From assembly GCA_943359395.1 (NCBI GenBank), contig CALRHH010000004.1:1699-65698 (forward strand): a DNA stretch of 64,000 nt, written 5' to 3'. The stretch is from Candidatus Nomurabacteria bacterium (GTDB taxonomy: Bacteria > Patescibacteriota > Minisyncoccia > Phycocordibacterales > UBA2100). Each line of letters starts with the position of its first letter. Position 1 is the first letter of the stretch. A program made the position numbers and the translations under genes. Under the pieces are notes generated by a model. It was not told where the DNA came from, did no database searches, and saw only the letters and a program-made list of their open reading frames with translations. Positions 56,242 to 64,000 of this stretch are shown piece by piece.

Positions 56242-57306
56242 TCAGAGAAGCTTCTGCAGCACGTTCGGGTTAAGGGAGTGCTGGTACGCGCTTTCGGGAG
56301 TAATCTCGCCGCGAGCAACCAGTTCGGCAAGAGAACGGTTCATATCTATCATGCCTTCGGTCGAGCCGGTTTCTATCACGGTGTTTATTTCGTGAGAGCG
56401 CTTTTCGCGTATGAGGTTCGCAACTGCCTTGTTATTAATGAGCAGCTCATAGCATGGAATGCGGCCACCGGAGATACGTGGTATGAGTCGCTGAGAGAAG
56501 ATTCCGGCGAGACTAGCCGCAAGCTGCAGGCGTATTTGGTCCTGCTGGCCCGGAGGGAATGTATCAATGATGCGGTCAATGGTCTGCGCGGCGTTGTTGG
56601 TATGCAAGGTCGATAGGACGAGGTGCCCAGTTTCTGCGGCTGTTACCGCTGCCGCCATGGTCTCTTGCCCGCGCATTTCACCGACTAAAAGGACATCGAC
56701 ATCTTCGCGAAATGCCGACAGGAGTGCCGAGGCGAAGTCCTTTGTATCGATGCCAACCTCACGCTGGTCTATGAGCGATTGTTTTGGTTCGAAAATGTAT
56801 TCGATAGGGTCCTCAATGGTTATGATGTGCTCCATTCGTTCGCTATTGATGAGTTCAACGAGAGACGCGAGTGTTGTCGTTTTCCCCTGCCCCACGGGAC
56901 CCACAACCAAAAAGAACCCCTGCTCTTTTCGCGCGAAGGAGGTGAGTATGTCGGGCAAGTTGAGGTCTTTGATACTGAGAATCTGTCTCGGTATGAGCCG
57001 GAGTACGACGCCGACTGAACCACGCTGTACGAAAGCATTCCCTCGAAAGCGATACCTGTCAGGGCTTTCGTATGCGAAATCCAACTCCTGATGTTCTTTG
57101 AATTTCGCTTCGAGCCCAGGGGAAACGAGGGCCTGCAGAAGCCCTCTTGTATCCTCTGGAGTTAAAATGGGTTCTTTGAGCATCGGAGAGAGCTCACCCG
57201 ATACGCGTATGGTCGGGTGCGCCCCAGTAGACAAATGCAAGTCAGAGCCCCCCTCGTGCACAAGCACGTTGAAATATTTTTTTAGAAGTCCAGGATAATC
57301 ATTCAT
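56242..57306 (-). CDS. pilT: Pilus retraction ATPase PilT
   Basis: SDLH, GP.G.GKTTT, EDPIE, GEMR, AETGHL..STLHT, A..NLIRE. Confidence 0.93.
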   Translation of the reverse strand: MNDYPGLLKKYFNVLVHEGGSDLHLSTGAHPTIRVSGELSPMLKEPILTPEDTRGLLQALVSPGLEAKFKEHQELDFAYESPDRYRFRGNAFVQRGSVGVVLRLIPRQILSIKDLNLPDILTSFARKEQGFFLVVGPVGQGKTTTLASLVELINSERMEHIITIEDPIEYIFEPKQSLIDQREVGIDTKDFASALLSAFREDVDVLLVGEMRGQETMAAAVTAAETGHLVLSTLHTNNAAQTIDRIIDTFPPGQQDQIRLQLAASLAGIFSQRLIPRISGGRIPCYELLINNKAVANLIREKRSHEINTVIETGSTEGMIDMNRSLAELVARGEITPESAYQHSLNPNVLQKLL

Positions 57307-57333
57307 AACCGTTATAAAGAAATGATACCAGTA

Positions 57334-57735
57334 CTATGCTCTATGTTTTACGAGCGCGTCACTCACCATGTTGACAACTTCGGACGGAATCATGCTCGCC
57401 TTGACGACGTAGCCCGTAGCACCGAGTTCTGCGGCTTTTGTTCTCTCTGACTCGTCGCTTTGGTTCGTAAGCGTTATCTTGAGAACTCCGTCCGCGAGAT
57501 GTTCGTCGGAGAGCGCCTTCAAAAATGCGAATCCGTCGAGTTCGGGCATCGTGAGGTCAAAGAGGATAACCTCCGGCTTGTACCCTCCCCGCAAAATACC
57601 GAGGGCTTGCTTCGCGGATAGACATGTCTCGACGGTGTAACCGTTTTGAGAAAATTTCATTCCGTACATATCCAAAAGAAATTTGTCGTCGTCGACGAGA
57701 AGTATGGGGCCTTTTTGCACGGGAGTATCGTTCAT
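57334..57735 (-). CDS. Single-domain response regulator
   Basis: LLVDDD, D..MP..DG, T, K. Confidence 0.92.
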   Translation of the reverse strand: MNDTPVQKGPILLVDDDKFLLDMYGMKFSQNGYTVETCLSAKQALGILRGGYKPEVILFDLTMPELDGFAFLKALSDEHLADGVLKITLTNQSDESERTKAAELGATGYVVKASMIPSEVVNMVSDALVKHRA

Positions 57736-59468
57736 ATATGAGTGGCATCAGGTGCCGGTGCTTCGAGCGAAACGTCCGATTGTGTCTGTGGCGTGGGTAC
57801 GTCGTGTTCCCGGTCCCCCGCAAGAAGAAGTGTACTCAAGCTGTTCACTTCAGAAAAGGGAATGTGTTTATCGAACGCTTTAATCATAGCGTCCTCCTGC
57901 ATCGTGAGCATGCCCTCCGCACGCGCGACTGACCAGATTCTTGAGTCTACGGGATTGTCGAGAACGATTCGTTCGATGTCGGGAGACATTTCAAGCACTT
58001 CGAATACCGCCATGCGCCCGCGCAGGCCCGTCGGGCACGTGGGGGTACGCATCGGCTCGTACACCTTCTCGGGGATTTTAAAACGATATTTCTCCGGAAG
58101 AGATTCGAGCTGTTTTTCGATGCTTTTACGCTGCGATGCGCCGAGCGGCGTTTCTTGCGCGGCATCTTCGCAAAAGGTGCGGACCAAACGCTGGGCAATC
58201 GAGAGAATGAGGACGGGCGGGATGAGATACGGGTCGACGCCCATGTCGATGAGGCGCGGGATCGTCCCGACCGCGTCGTTGGTGTGTATCGTCGAGAGCA
58301 CGAGGTGGCCCGTGAGCGCCGCCTGGATAGCGAGCTTCGCCGTTTCGCCGTCGCGGATTTCACCCACCATGATGACGTCGGGGTCTTGCCGCAAGGTCGT
58401 GCGCAGGCCGTTGGCGAACGTGTATCCGATGTCGGGTCGGATTTGTGATTGGATAACGCCCTCGACGTAGTATTCGATTGGGTCTTCGAGAGAAAGCACG
58501 TTTTTGTGTTCGCGGTCGACCTCAGTGAGCATCGAGTAGAGCGTGGTCGACTTTCCCGAACCGGTTGGCCCCGATATGAGAACGAGCCCGTGCGGAGCAT
58601 TGACCGCTTTGCGCATCAACTCGAGGTTGCGTGGGGTGAGGCCGATTTGGTCGAGAGGGATGAATCCCTGCTCGCGGTCGAGAATACGAATAACTACTTT
58701 CTCGCCGTTATACGAAGGGAACGTAGAAACGCGGAAGTCGATCTGGCGCGTGTCGATTGACGCCGAAAAACGGCCGTCTTGCGGCTTGCGCATTTCGTCG
58801 AGTCTCATTGAGGCGAGGACTTTTACTCGCGCGATGAGCGCACGGTGTGTGGAAAGAGGCAATATCACGCTCGTATGGAGTTCCCCGTCGACGCGATACC
58901 GTACGCGTACGCCGGAGGGCTGCGGCTCGATGTGCACGTCAGAAGCCTTGCCGTCCACCGCATACCGCAATATCGTGGAAACTATCTTGATGGTCGGAGC
59001 ATCTTCGCGAATCTTTGCGAGCCCCTCTCCCGGTCCTCGACCAATTGACGGGTCTTCGAGGTCCAACGAGGAATTCTCACGTTCACTCATCTTTCCCTTC
59101 TCAGGAGCCCTCTCCACTGCGAGATCAGATACAGCCCGTTCGACCTCGCCGCCAAGTCCACGATACATGCCCAAGACCTTATCAAAATCTTCGCGATTTA
59201 TCTGAAATATCTTGAATGGCATCCCCGTTGTGCGTGCGATGAAGTTCAAGGCATCGACACCTTCGATATTGTCCGGCTCTATCATGCCCACCTCAAGCAC
59301 ACCTTCTGAGATGCCAAGAGGTACCAGACCGTAGTGACTGGCCGACTCTTCAGGAATATATTTAAGAATCTCGTATGCAACCTTTGCATCTCCAATCGTG
59401 CGTACGGGCACATCACCGACAGACTGGGTGGTGTTTGCAGATGCCGATGTGGTTACCTCTCCCGGCAT
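57732..59468 (-). CDS. pilB: Pilus assembly ATPase PilB (GspE family)
   Basis: ASDVHIEP, PQDGR, GPTGSGKSTTLY, LRQDPD.IMVGEIRD, TGHL. Confidence 0.95.
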   Translation of the reverse strand: MPGEVTTSASANTTQSVGDVPVRTIGDAKVAYEILKYIPEESASHYGLVPLGISEGVLEVGMIEPDNIEGVDALNFIARTTGMPFKIFQINREDFDKVLGMYRGLGGEVERAVSDLAVERAPEKGKMSERENSSLDLEDPSIGRGPGEGLAKIREDAPTIKIVSTILRYAVDGKASDVHIEPQPSGVRVRYRVDGELHTSVILPLSTHRALIARVKVLASMRLDEMRKPQDGRFSASIDTRQIDFRVSTFPSYNGEKVVIRILDREQGFIPLDQIGLTPRNLELMRKAVNAPHGLVLISGPTGSGKSTTLYSMLTEVDREHKNVLSLEDPIEYYVEGVIQSQIRPDIGYTFANGLRTTLRQDPDVIMVGEIRDGETAKLAIQAALTGHLVLSTIHTNDAVGTIPRLIDMGVDPYLIPPVLILSIAQRLVRTFCEDAAQETPLGASQRKSIEKQLESLPEKYRFKIPEKVYEPMRTPTCPTGLRGRMAVFEVLEMSPDIERIVLDNPVDSRIWSVARAEGMLTMQEDAMIKAFDKHIPFSEVNSLSTLLLAGDREHDVPTPQTQSDVSLEAPAPDATHI

Positions 59469-59474
59469 AGTATG

Positions 59475-59816
59475 TTAGCGGTTTGCGGGCGTCTGGGTTT
59501 GCGTATTGCTAGTGCTTGGAGAAGTAAGCGGGGCAAAAGGATTCGGGCGGCCGACAGGCTCCGACACGATGTCAGTCGAGAAGTCTTTCAATTGAGTGAA
59601 TGTGGTTTGTGAGAAAATCGTGGCGTCCAATTTGACAGCGCGTAGGGTGAGTAGTGTCGCGACTATTCCCGGGCTTGCCTTACTGCTTCCTTCTGCCGTC
59701 GGCGTCGAGTCGAGATTGGGCAGTTCCGAGGAAGGAGCCAAACCGTACCAAACGAGGCCGGCAACGACGAGGCCAGAGAAGACGAGAAGAAGCTTGTGCC
59801 GAAGGAATGTTTGCAT
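59475..59816 (-). CDS. Small membrane protein in PilP position
   Basis: TM, then L..LD...F....F..L.D, GR.NPF.P. Confidence 0.7.
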   Translation of the reverse strand: MQTFLRHKLLLVFSGLVVAGLVWYGLAPSSELPNLDSTPTAEGSSKASPGIVATLLTLRAVKLDATIFSQTTFTQLKDFSTDIVSEPVGRPNPFAPLTSPSTSNTQTQTPANR

Positions 59817-59817
59817 A

Positions 59818-60453
59818 TTATTTGAGCCAGTACGTTCGAAGAGTCATGTTGTAAGTGTAAAACGGCTCAGACGGTCTCGTTGCGACTGCATTGGCCGTAT
59901 TCGAGGTCGGAAATGCATTCGTTGCGCTTGAGACGACGGCTGCATTTCCTGCGGCAGGAGCGACAGTGAGTGAGACTAAGTCCACGATGCGTAAACTCGA
60001 TTCAAGATTGGAAAGAAATTTCACGAAATCGGCGTACGTAGCGGTTGTACTGAATGTCAGTGTAAGCGAATCAAATTTTTGACTCGAGGCGCCAATAGCG
60101 CCGAGAGCGGTCTGATTTTTTACGGTTTGATTTTGCGCACTTGAAACATCGACATTTTGGAGTGCAATTCCGTGACGCTCCGCGAGTTTGTCTAGGTCGA
60201 GAATGAGACGCACGTTGTCGACATGGTCGGGAAGCAATTTCTGCAAACGATCGAGGTCTGTTGTATTAAACGTATTGAAGCGGGAGAGCAGTGTTTGTCT
60301 TAATTTTTGTAATTCCGCTGCTTTGTCGAGGGCCGCATCATTCTGCGCAATCTCGGCCCGCAGGGTCTGAGAATCATCATACGTCGGCTTTGTGTACCAG
60401 AAGAATACGCCTCCGGCGAGTACTACACCAACAATTGCAAAGATAGGTTTCAT
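59818..60453 (-). CDS. pilO: PilO-like protein
   Basis: TM, coiled coil, LP, Y..F..FL..LE...R. Confidence 0.8.
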   Translation of the reverse strand: MKPIFAIVGVVLAGGVFFWYTKPTYDDSQTLRAEIAQNDAALDKAAELQKLRQTLLSRFNTFNTTDLDRLQKLLPDHVDNVRLILDLDKLAERHGIALQNVDVSSAQNQTVKNQTALGAIGASSQKFDSLTLTFSTTATYADFVKFLSNLESSLRIVDLVSLTVAPAAGNAAVVSSATNAFPTSNTANAVATRPSEPFYTYNMTLRTYWLK

Positions 60454-60457
60454 ATAA

Positions 60458-61138
60458 TTAGTTAGTGGGTTCTGTTGCTCCCTGCTGAGGGGCATCGAAG
60501 GGTGAAGGGTTCACGGGAGGGGCTGCGGTCTCTTGCACTCTTCCTGCCGCAGAACTGGCCGCTCCCGCATAATTTATTGCCGATGGATTCACGGCTGCAG
60601 AAAGATTGAAATGTACGCCGTCTATTTGCCGGGCAATATTCGAAAAAATCGGACTTGTTATGACTCCGTTCTTGCTAAAGAGGTCTGCCTGAAGAGCTAT
60701 TGAGTTGACACTCTCCGCGACACCGACCAGTTTAATCGTCAAATTCTGATTATCGGCGACTTGGAAATCGAGAGACTGAAACGAAATTGTCTGAAGTGTT
60801 GCTTGTTCAAGTGCTTGAAAAAAGAGCGACGGAGCAATGTGTGCCGAGAGGACACGCTCTGCGGCATGCATACGGTCATCGAGGCGTGTGAGTTGTTGGA
60901 TAAGAGCAGGTTGGAATCCCTCTTGCGCACGTTCGAGCTGAGAGATTTTTGCGGTATTTTCGGTCACGAGATACCGCCCGTACAAAAAAACGCCGGCGGC
61001 AAGTGCAAGAGACGCGACGAAGAGTACGATTGAACAAAGGAGGAGGAGGTCGTTGAGTCCCCCTCCACGACGAGACGCAGAAGGAGAGACCGACGTATCC
61101 CGCGGTATGAATGAGGAGGTTATGCCTGTATCAACCAT
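60458..61138 (-). CDS. pilN: PilN-like protein
   Basis: SFIP N-motif, TM, coiled coil, G.A, F.L; located between pilM and pilO. Confidence 0.75.
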   Translation of the reverse strand: MVDTGITSSFIPRDTSVSPSASRRGGGLNDLLLLCSIVLFVASLALAAGVFLYGRYLVTENTAKISQLERAQEGFQPALIQQLTRLDDRMHAAERVLSAHIAPSLFFQALEQATLQTISFQSLDFQVADNQNLTIKLVGVAESVNSIALQADLFSKNGVITSPIFSNIARQIDGVHFNLSAAVNPSAINYAGAASSAAGRVQETAAPPVNPSPFDAPQQGATEPTN

Positions 61139-61141
61139 ACA

Positions 61142-62290
61142 TTAACTTCTTTTGAGCTTTCTCAATGCGACTCCAACGGCGACCACGAACCCTGGGCCTA
61201 TTTCACGCAGCACAGCCTCGAGAAATGCCGGCGCCTCAGTATGCGAAAAAGGATTGGCAATCTCGACTTCCGCAGATAGATTGCTATGCGCCACATCCGC
61301 AAGTCCCGGAAGCGACGCCCCACCGCCTGCGAGGACTACGCGCGATACGTTCTTGTTGTATCGCTGCCCGTAGCTCAATAGTACCCGATTCACTTCCGAA
61401 AACACACGCGTAAGTGTTGATAACAGAGCGTTCTTTATTTTGTCATTCTCGTCGGGACTGTACGCATTCGAATCCAGCAGCCCGCGTTCGCGTTTGATGC
61501 GTTCCGCCTTCTCAAATTCCCACCCAAGTGAACGTGCGAGGTTCTCTGTCATGTGCTGACCGCCCGCGGAGATAAGGTGCGATGACCGTACAACGCCACG
61601 CTCTATGATATATATCTTCGTTGTCGCAGCGCCGAGATCGACAACCAGCACCGGCGCTATCCCATGAGAAACCGCCGAGCGAATCGCGCTAAATATTTCT
61701 ATCTCATAGAAATTGATTTTGAGTGCGGCAGTTGTAGCGACGGTCTGATAATTTTTGAGCACATCGTTATGTATGGCGACGAGGAGGACTTCATCTCCTC
61801 TCGTCTGTGGAGTCTTCTTCGTCTCAAGGCGATCGAACGCGCTGTCCTCCCCTTCTTCGCCGGGGATGACAAACCAGTCGAGCGTCACCTCGGATACAGG
61901 TATCGGGATGTATTTTCGAGCCTCAATGGGTATCATGCGCTTCAGCTGTTCGGGCTGAGTGTGCGGCAGATTTATTACGTTGACGAGGCTTGAGGAAAAT
62001 GGAATGGAGAGTCCGCCCGTGCGAGCGGTCACGTTTGCCTCGCGCATGAGGTCAGTAAGCGCTTCGGCGAGTTTTTCCGGAGAAAGCTTGACGGCTTTCC
62101 CTATCGCCTGTTGCGTATACGGACCGAGAGCGATTTCGCCGTACGTCTCAAGAATTGCGGCACCGCGCGATGTGCGGAGCTGAACAATCTTCGCGCTTGA
62201 TGCACCGATATCAATTCCCAACACGCTTCCATCGGCTGACTTGCCGATTGATGCAAAGGTTTTGAGAACGTTTCCCAGAGAGAACGCCAT
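61142..62290 (-). CDS. pilM: Type IV pilus assembly protein PilM
   Basis: GIDIG.SS.K, EA..YIP, VD.GA..T, L.GGG..L.G, NPF, VG.ALR. Confidence 0.93.
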   Translation of the reverse strand: MAFSLGNVLKTFASIGKSADGSVLGIDIGASSAKIVQLRTSRGAAILETYGEIALGPYTQQAIGKAVKLSPEKLAEALTDLMREANVTARTGGLSIPFSSSLVNVINLPHTQPEQLKRMIPIEARKYIPIPVSEVTLDWFVIPGEEGEDSAFDRLETKKTPQTRGDEVLLVAIHNDVLKNYQTVATTAALKINFYEIEIFSAIRSAVSHGIAPVLVVDLGAATTKIYIIERGVVRSSHLISAGGQHMTENLARSLGWEFEKAERIKRERGLLDSNAYSPDENDKIKNALLSTLTRVFSEVNRVLLSYGQRYNKNVSRVVLAGGGASLPGLADVAHSNLSAEVEIANPFSHTEAPAFLEAVLREIGPGFVVAVGVALRKLKRS

Positions 62291-62311
62291 CGCAAAATTA
62301 TATCATGTATA

Positions 62312-62638
62312 TCAAATGATTTTGTCTATCTTTGCCGCCAAAATGAAGTCATTTTCAGATAATCCGCCGATAGCATGTGTGGTGAGTTCGACTTCAATTC
62401 TTCCCCAGCCTAAGGAAAGGTCAGGATGATGCCCTTCCGACTCCGCTATCGGTGTGATTTTGTTTGCAAACGCCATTACCTCCACAAAATTCCTGAATGT
62501 AAATTTCTTCGAGATATTTTTCGCCCCCCTCGCGACGATCCAGCCATCTACATGCTTCGACATTGCTTCTGCCTCCATTGGTGTCATCGGCTGCGCTCCC
62601 CCTTCGCACGCAACACACTTCTTCTGGGCCAAATCCAT
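62312..62638 (-). CDS. Pterin-4-alpha-carbinolamine dehydratase
   Basis: F.F..F, AE.EGHHPD, TH.IGGLS.ND..LA.KID. Confidence 0.93.
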   Translation of the reverse strand: MDLAQKKCVACEGGAQPMTPMEAEAMSKHVDGWIVARGAKNISKKFTFRNFVEVMAFANKITPIAESEGHHPDLSLGWGRIEVELTTHAIGGLSENDFILAAKIDKII

Positions 62639-62652
62639 GGGAAAATCATAGC

Positions 62653-63306
62653 ATGCGACACCTACTCGCCGTACTCGAAGTCATCTTCGACACTCTCCTT
62701 CCCCTGCCTGGGCGGGCAACGCGGACGAAATCCCGAACAGCGGAAGACATACCGCTCACCCTGACAGTTCACACGCTTCTTAAGACACAGATAACGACTC
62801 TGACGGATTACCAACAGGGTGCGGTGCAGGACCTCATTCGCTCACTCAAGTATGATGGCTCCGGACACGCCGCACGGCTCGCGGCACAGCTGCTCGCAGA
62901 TTATTTGCGTGAAGAGATTTCCTCGCATCGGACATTTAGCCAACGAAAAATCCTTATTGTGCCCGTGCCGTTGCATAGTTCACGCGCGCGCGAGCGCGGG
63001 TTTAATCAAATCGAGCTTGTGCTGAAAGCGCTTCCCCAAGAATTCCGCGATGGCTCACTCTCGATCTTGATGCCGGGGGCATTGGTCCGTATTCGCGAAA
63101 CACAGCAACAAACCCGTCTCTCCCGTATAGAACGACTAAGCAACATCGCGGGAGCGTTTGCGGTATTCGAGGAGAAGTTTGTAAACAAAACGCACGTATT
63201 TCTTATCGACGACGTCACAACGACAGGAGCAACGCTCGTAAACGCGGCGACGCCGCTGCACCGCGCGGGAGCGGAGGTGACGCTACTCGCGCTCGCGCGT
63301 GCGTGA
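62653..63306 (+). CDS. comF: ComF family protein
   Basis: LKY, PVPLH..R..ERGFNQ, R..N..GAF, LIDDVTTTGAT; start at MRHLL. Confidence 0.92.
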   Translation: MRHLLAVLEVIFDTLLPLPGRATRTKSRTAEDIPLTLTVHTLLKTQITTLTDYQQGAVQDLIRSLKYDGSGHAARLAAQLLADYLREEISSHRTFSQRKILIVPVPLHSSRARERGFNQIELVLKALPQEFRDGSLSILMPGALVRIRETQQQTRLSRIERLSNIAGAFAVFEEKFVNKTHVFLIDDVTTTGATLVNAATPLHRAGAEVTLLALARA

Positions 63307-63340
63307 TTCACTTCGCGGGGCGTGGTATGGTAGAGCGCAC

Positions 63341-63431
63341 GGAGAGGTGCCAGAGCGGTCGAATGGAGCACACTGCTAATGTGTTGAGCCTCTAAAGGGT
63401 TCCGAGGGTTCGAATCCCTCCCTCTCCGCCA
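63341..63431 (+). tRNA. tRNA-Ser(GCU)
   Basis: Long variable arm; GCACA-CT GCT AA-TGTGT; encoded CCA. Confidence 0.95.
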
Positions 63432-63436
63432 ATCGT

Positions 63437-64000
63437 ATGACCATAACCTGTGCGACATACAATATACTGCACGGCTATCACCGAGAGATGGTGCTCAATA
63501 ACATACGCTTCCTTATAGACGAAGGAGCTGATGTGATATGCCTACAAGAAGCGGAGATACGGTTCAAAGGAGCGCTACGCAAATTCCTCGGCCAGAAGGA
63601 GTTGGTTGGCTGGGACATACATTCGGAACATGGGGGGTTCGGCGGCAATGTCGCGATACTATGGAGAAGCGACAAGCTGAAACTCGCGCGAACAAAGATT
63701 ATCGAACTCCCGAAATTGCGAATTTCCCCCACGCTGCAGCGCTTAAAAGTTCCTCAGTTAAAAAGATTCGATACCAACAGGTTAGCACTTGTCGGTTTTT
63801 TTGAGTTTGGAGGACAGACGGTTCAGGTAACGAGCGCTCACATCGCCTGGGAAGGCGGCAATCGCCATCGCATGCGGCAGATACGGCACTTGCGTGAAGC
63901 TCTCGAAGAAGAGTATGCCGACGTACGCATTCTCGCCGGTGACTTCAATACGCTCGCGCCGCGCGCGCTTCGACGCATCCACGAACGAAGGGTGGAACAA
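63437..64000 (+). CDS. Endonuclease/exonuclease/phosphatase family protein (runs off window)
   Basis: Manual translation: TYNI, DVICLQE, SAH, AGDFN; open to the end of the window. Confidence 0.88.
   Translation, partial: MTITCATYNILHGYHREMVLNNIRFLIDEGADVICLQEAEIRFKGALRKFLGQKELVGWDIHSEHGGFGGNVAILWRSDKLKLARTKIIELPKLRISPTLQRLKVPQLKRFDTNRLALVGFFEFGGQTVQVTSAHIAWEGGNRHRMRQIRHLREALEEEYADVRILAGDFNTLAPRALRRIHERRVEQ

Overview
A 64-kb piece of a small bacterial chromosome, inferred to be Patescibacteria/CPR (Parcubacteria-like) from gene content: full type IV pilus/competence locus, TrmB-family regulator, CBS-less IMPDH, shortened RF2, many small membrane/secreted proteins and few biosynthetic genes. 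Standard genetic code (TGA is used as stop); most genes are on the minus strand. Contents: housekeeping genes (metK with a SAM-I-type riboswitch, glmS, typA, guaB, pyrG, ftsEX, prfB, gatCA, ligA), a csoR-copA copper operon with operator, 7 tRNAs, and a pilM-N-O-B-T-C-pilin-pilD-minor pilin cluster with comF. A tRNA-bounded accessory block carries an HD protein, a GNAT-like protein, a pseudo-hydrolase RelA/SpoT synthetase, TrmB and a ~1060-aa protein with a C-terminal class-V PLP enzyme domain. The most unusual signals are non-coding. (1) Several families of short structured repeats are present, and all four minor-pilin genes carry one in frame in the cleaved prepilin leader. (2) A TIR-bounded mini-element's end supplies the -10 box or start codon of adjacent genes. 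(3) An in-frame palindrome sits inside pyrG. (4) An element antisense to tRNA-fMet lies directly behind that tRNA. (5) Many gene starts have TANNNT-N6-ATG (apparently leaderless) architecture. (6) Two unrelated proteins carry ssrA-tag-like AANDN motifs. No database searches or folding were run; family calls come from recognised motifs.
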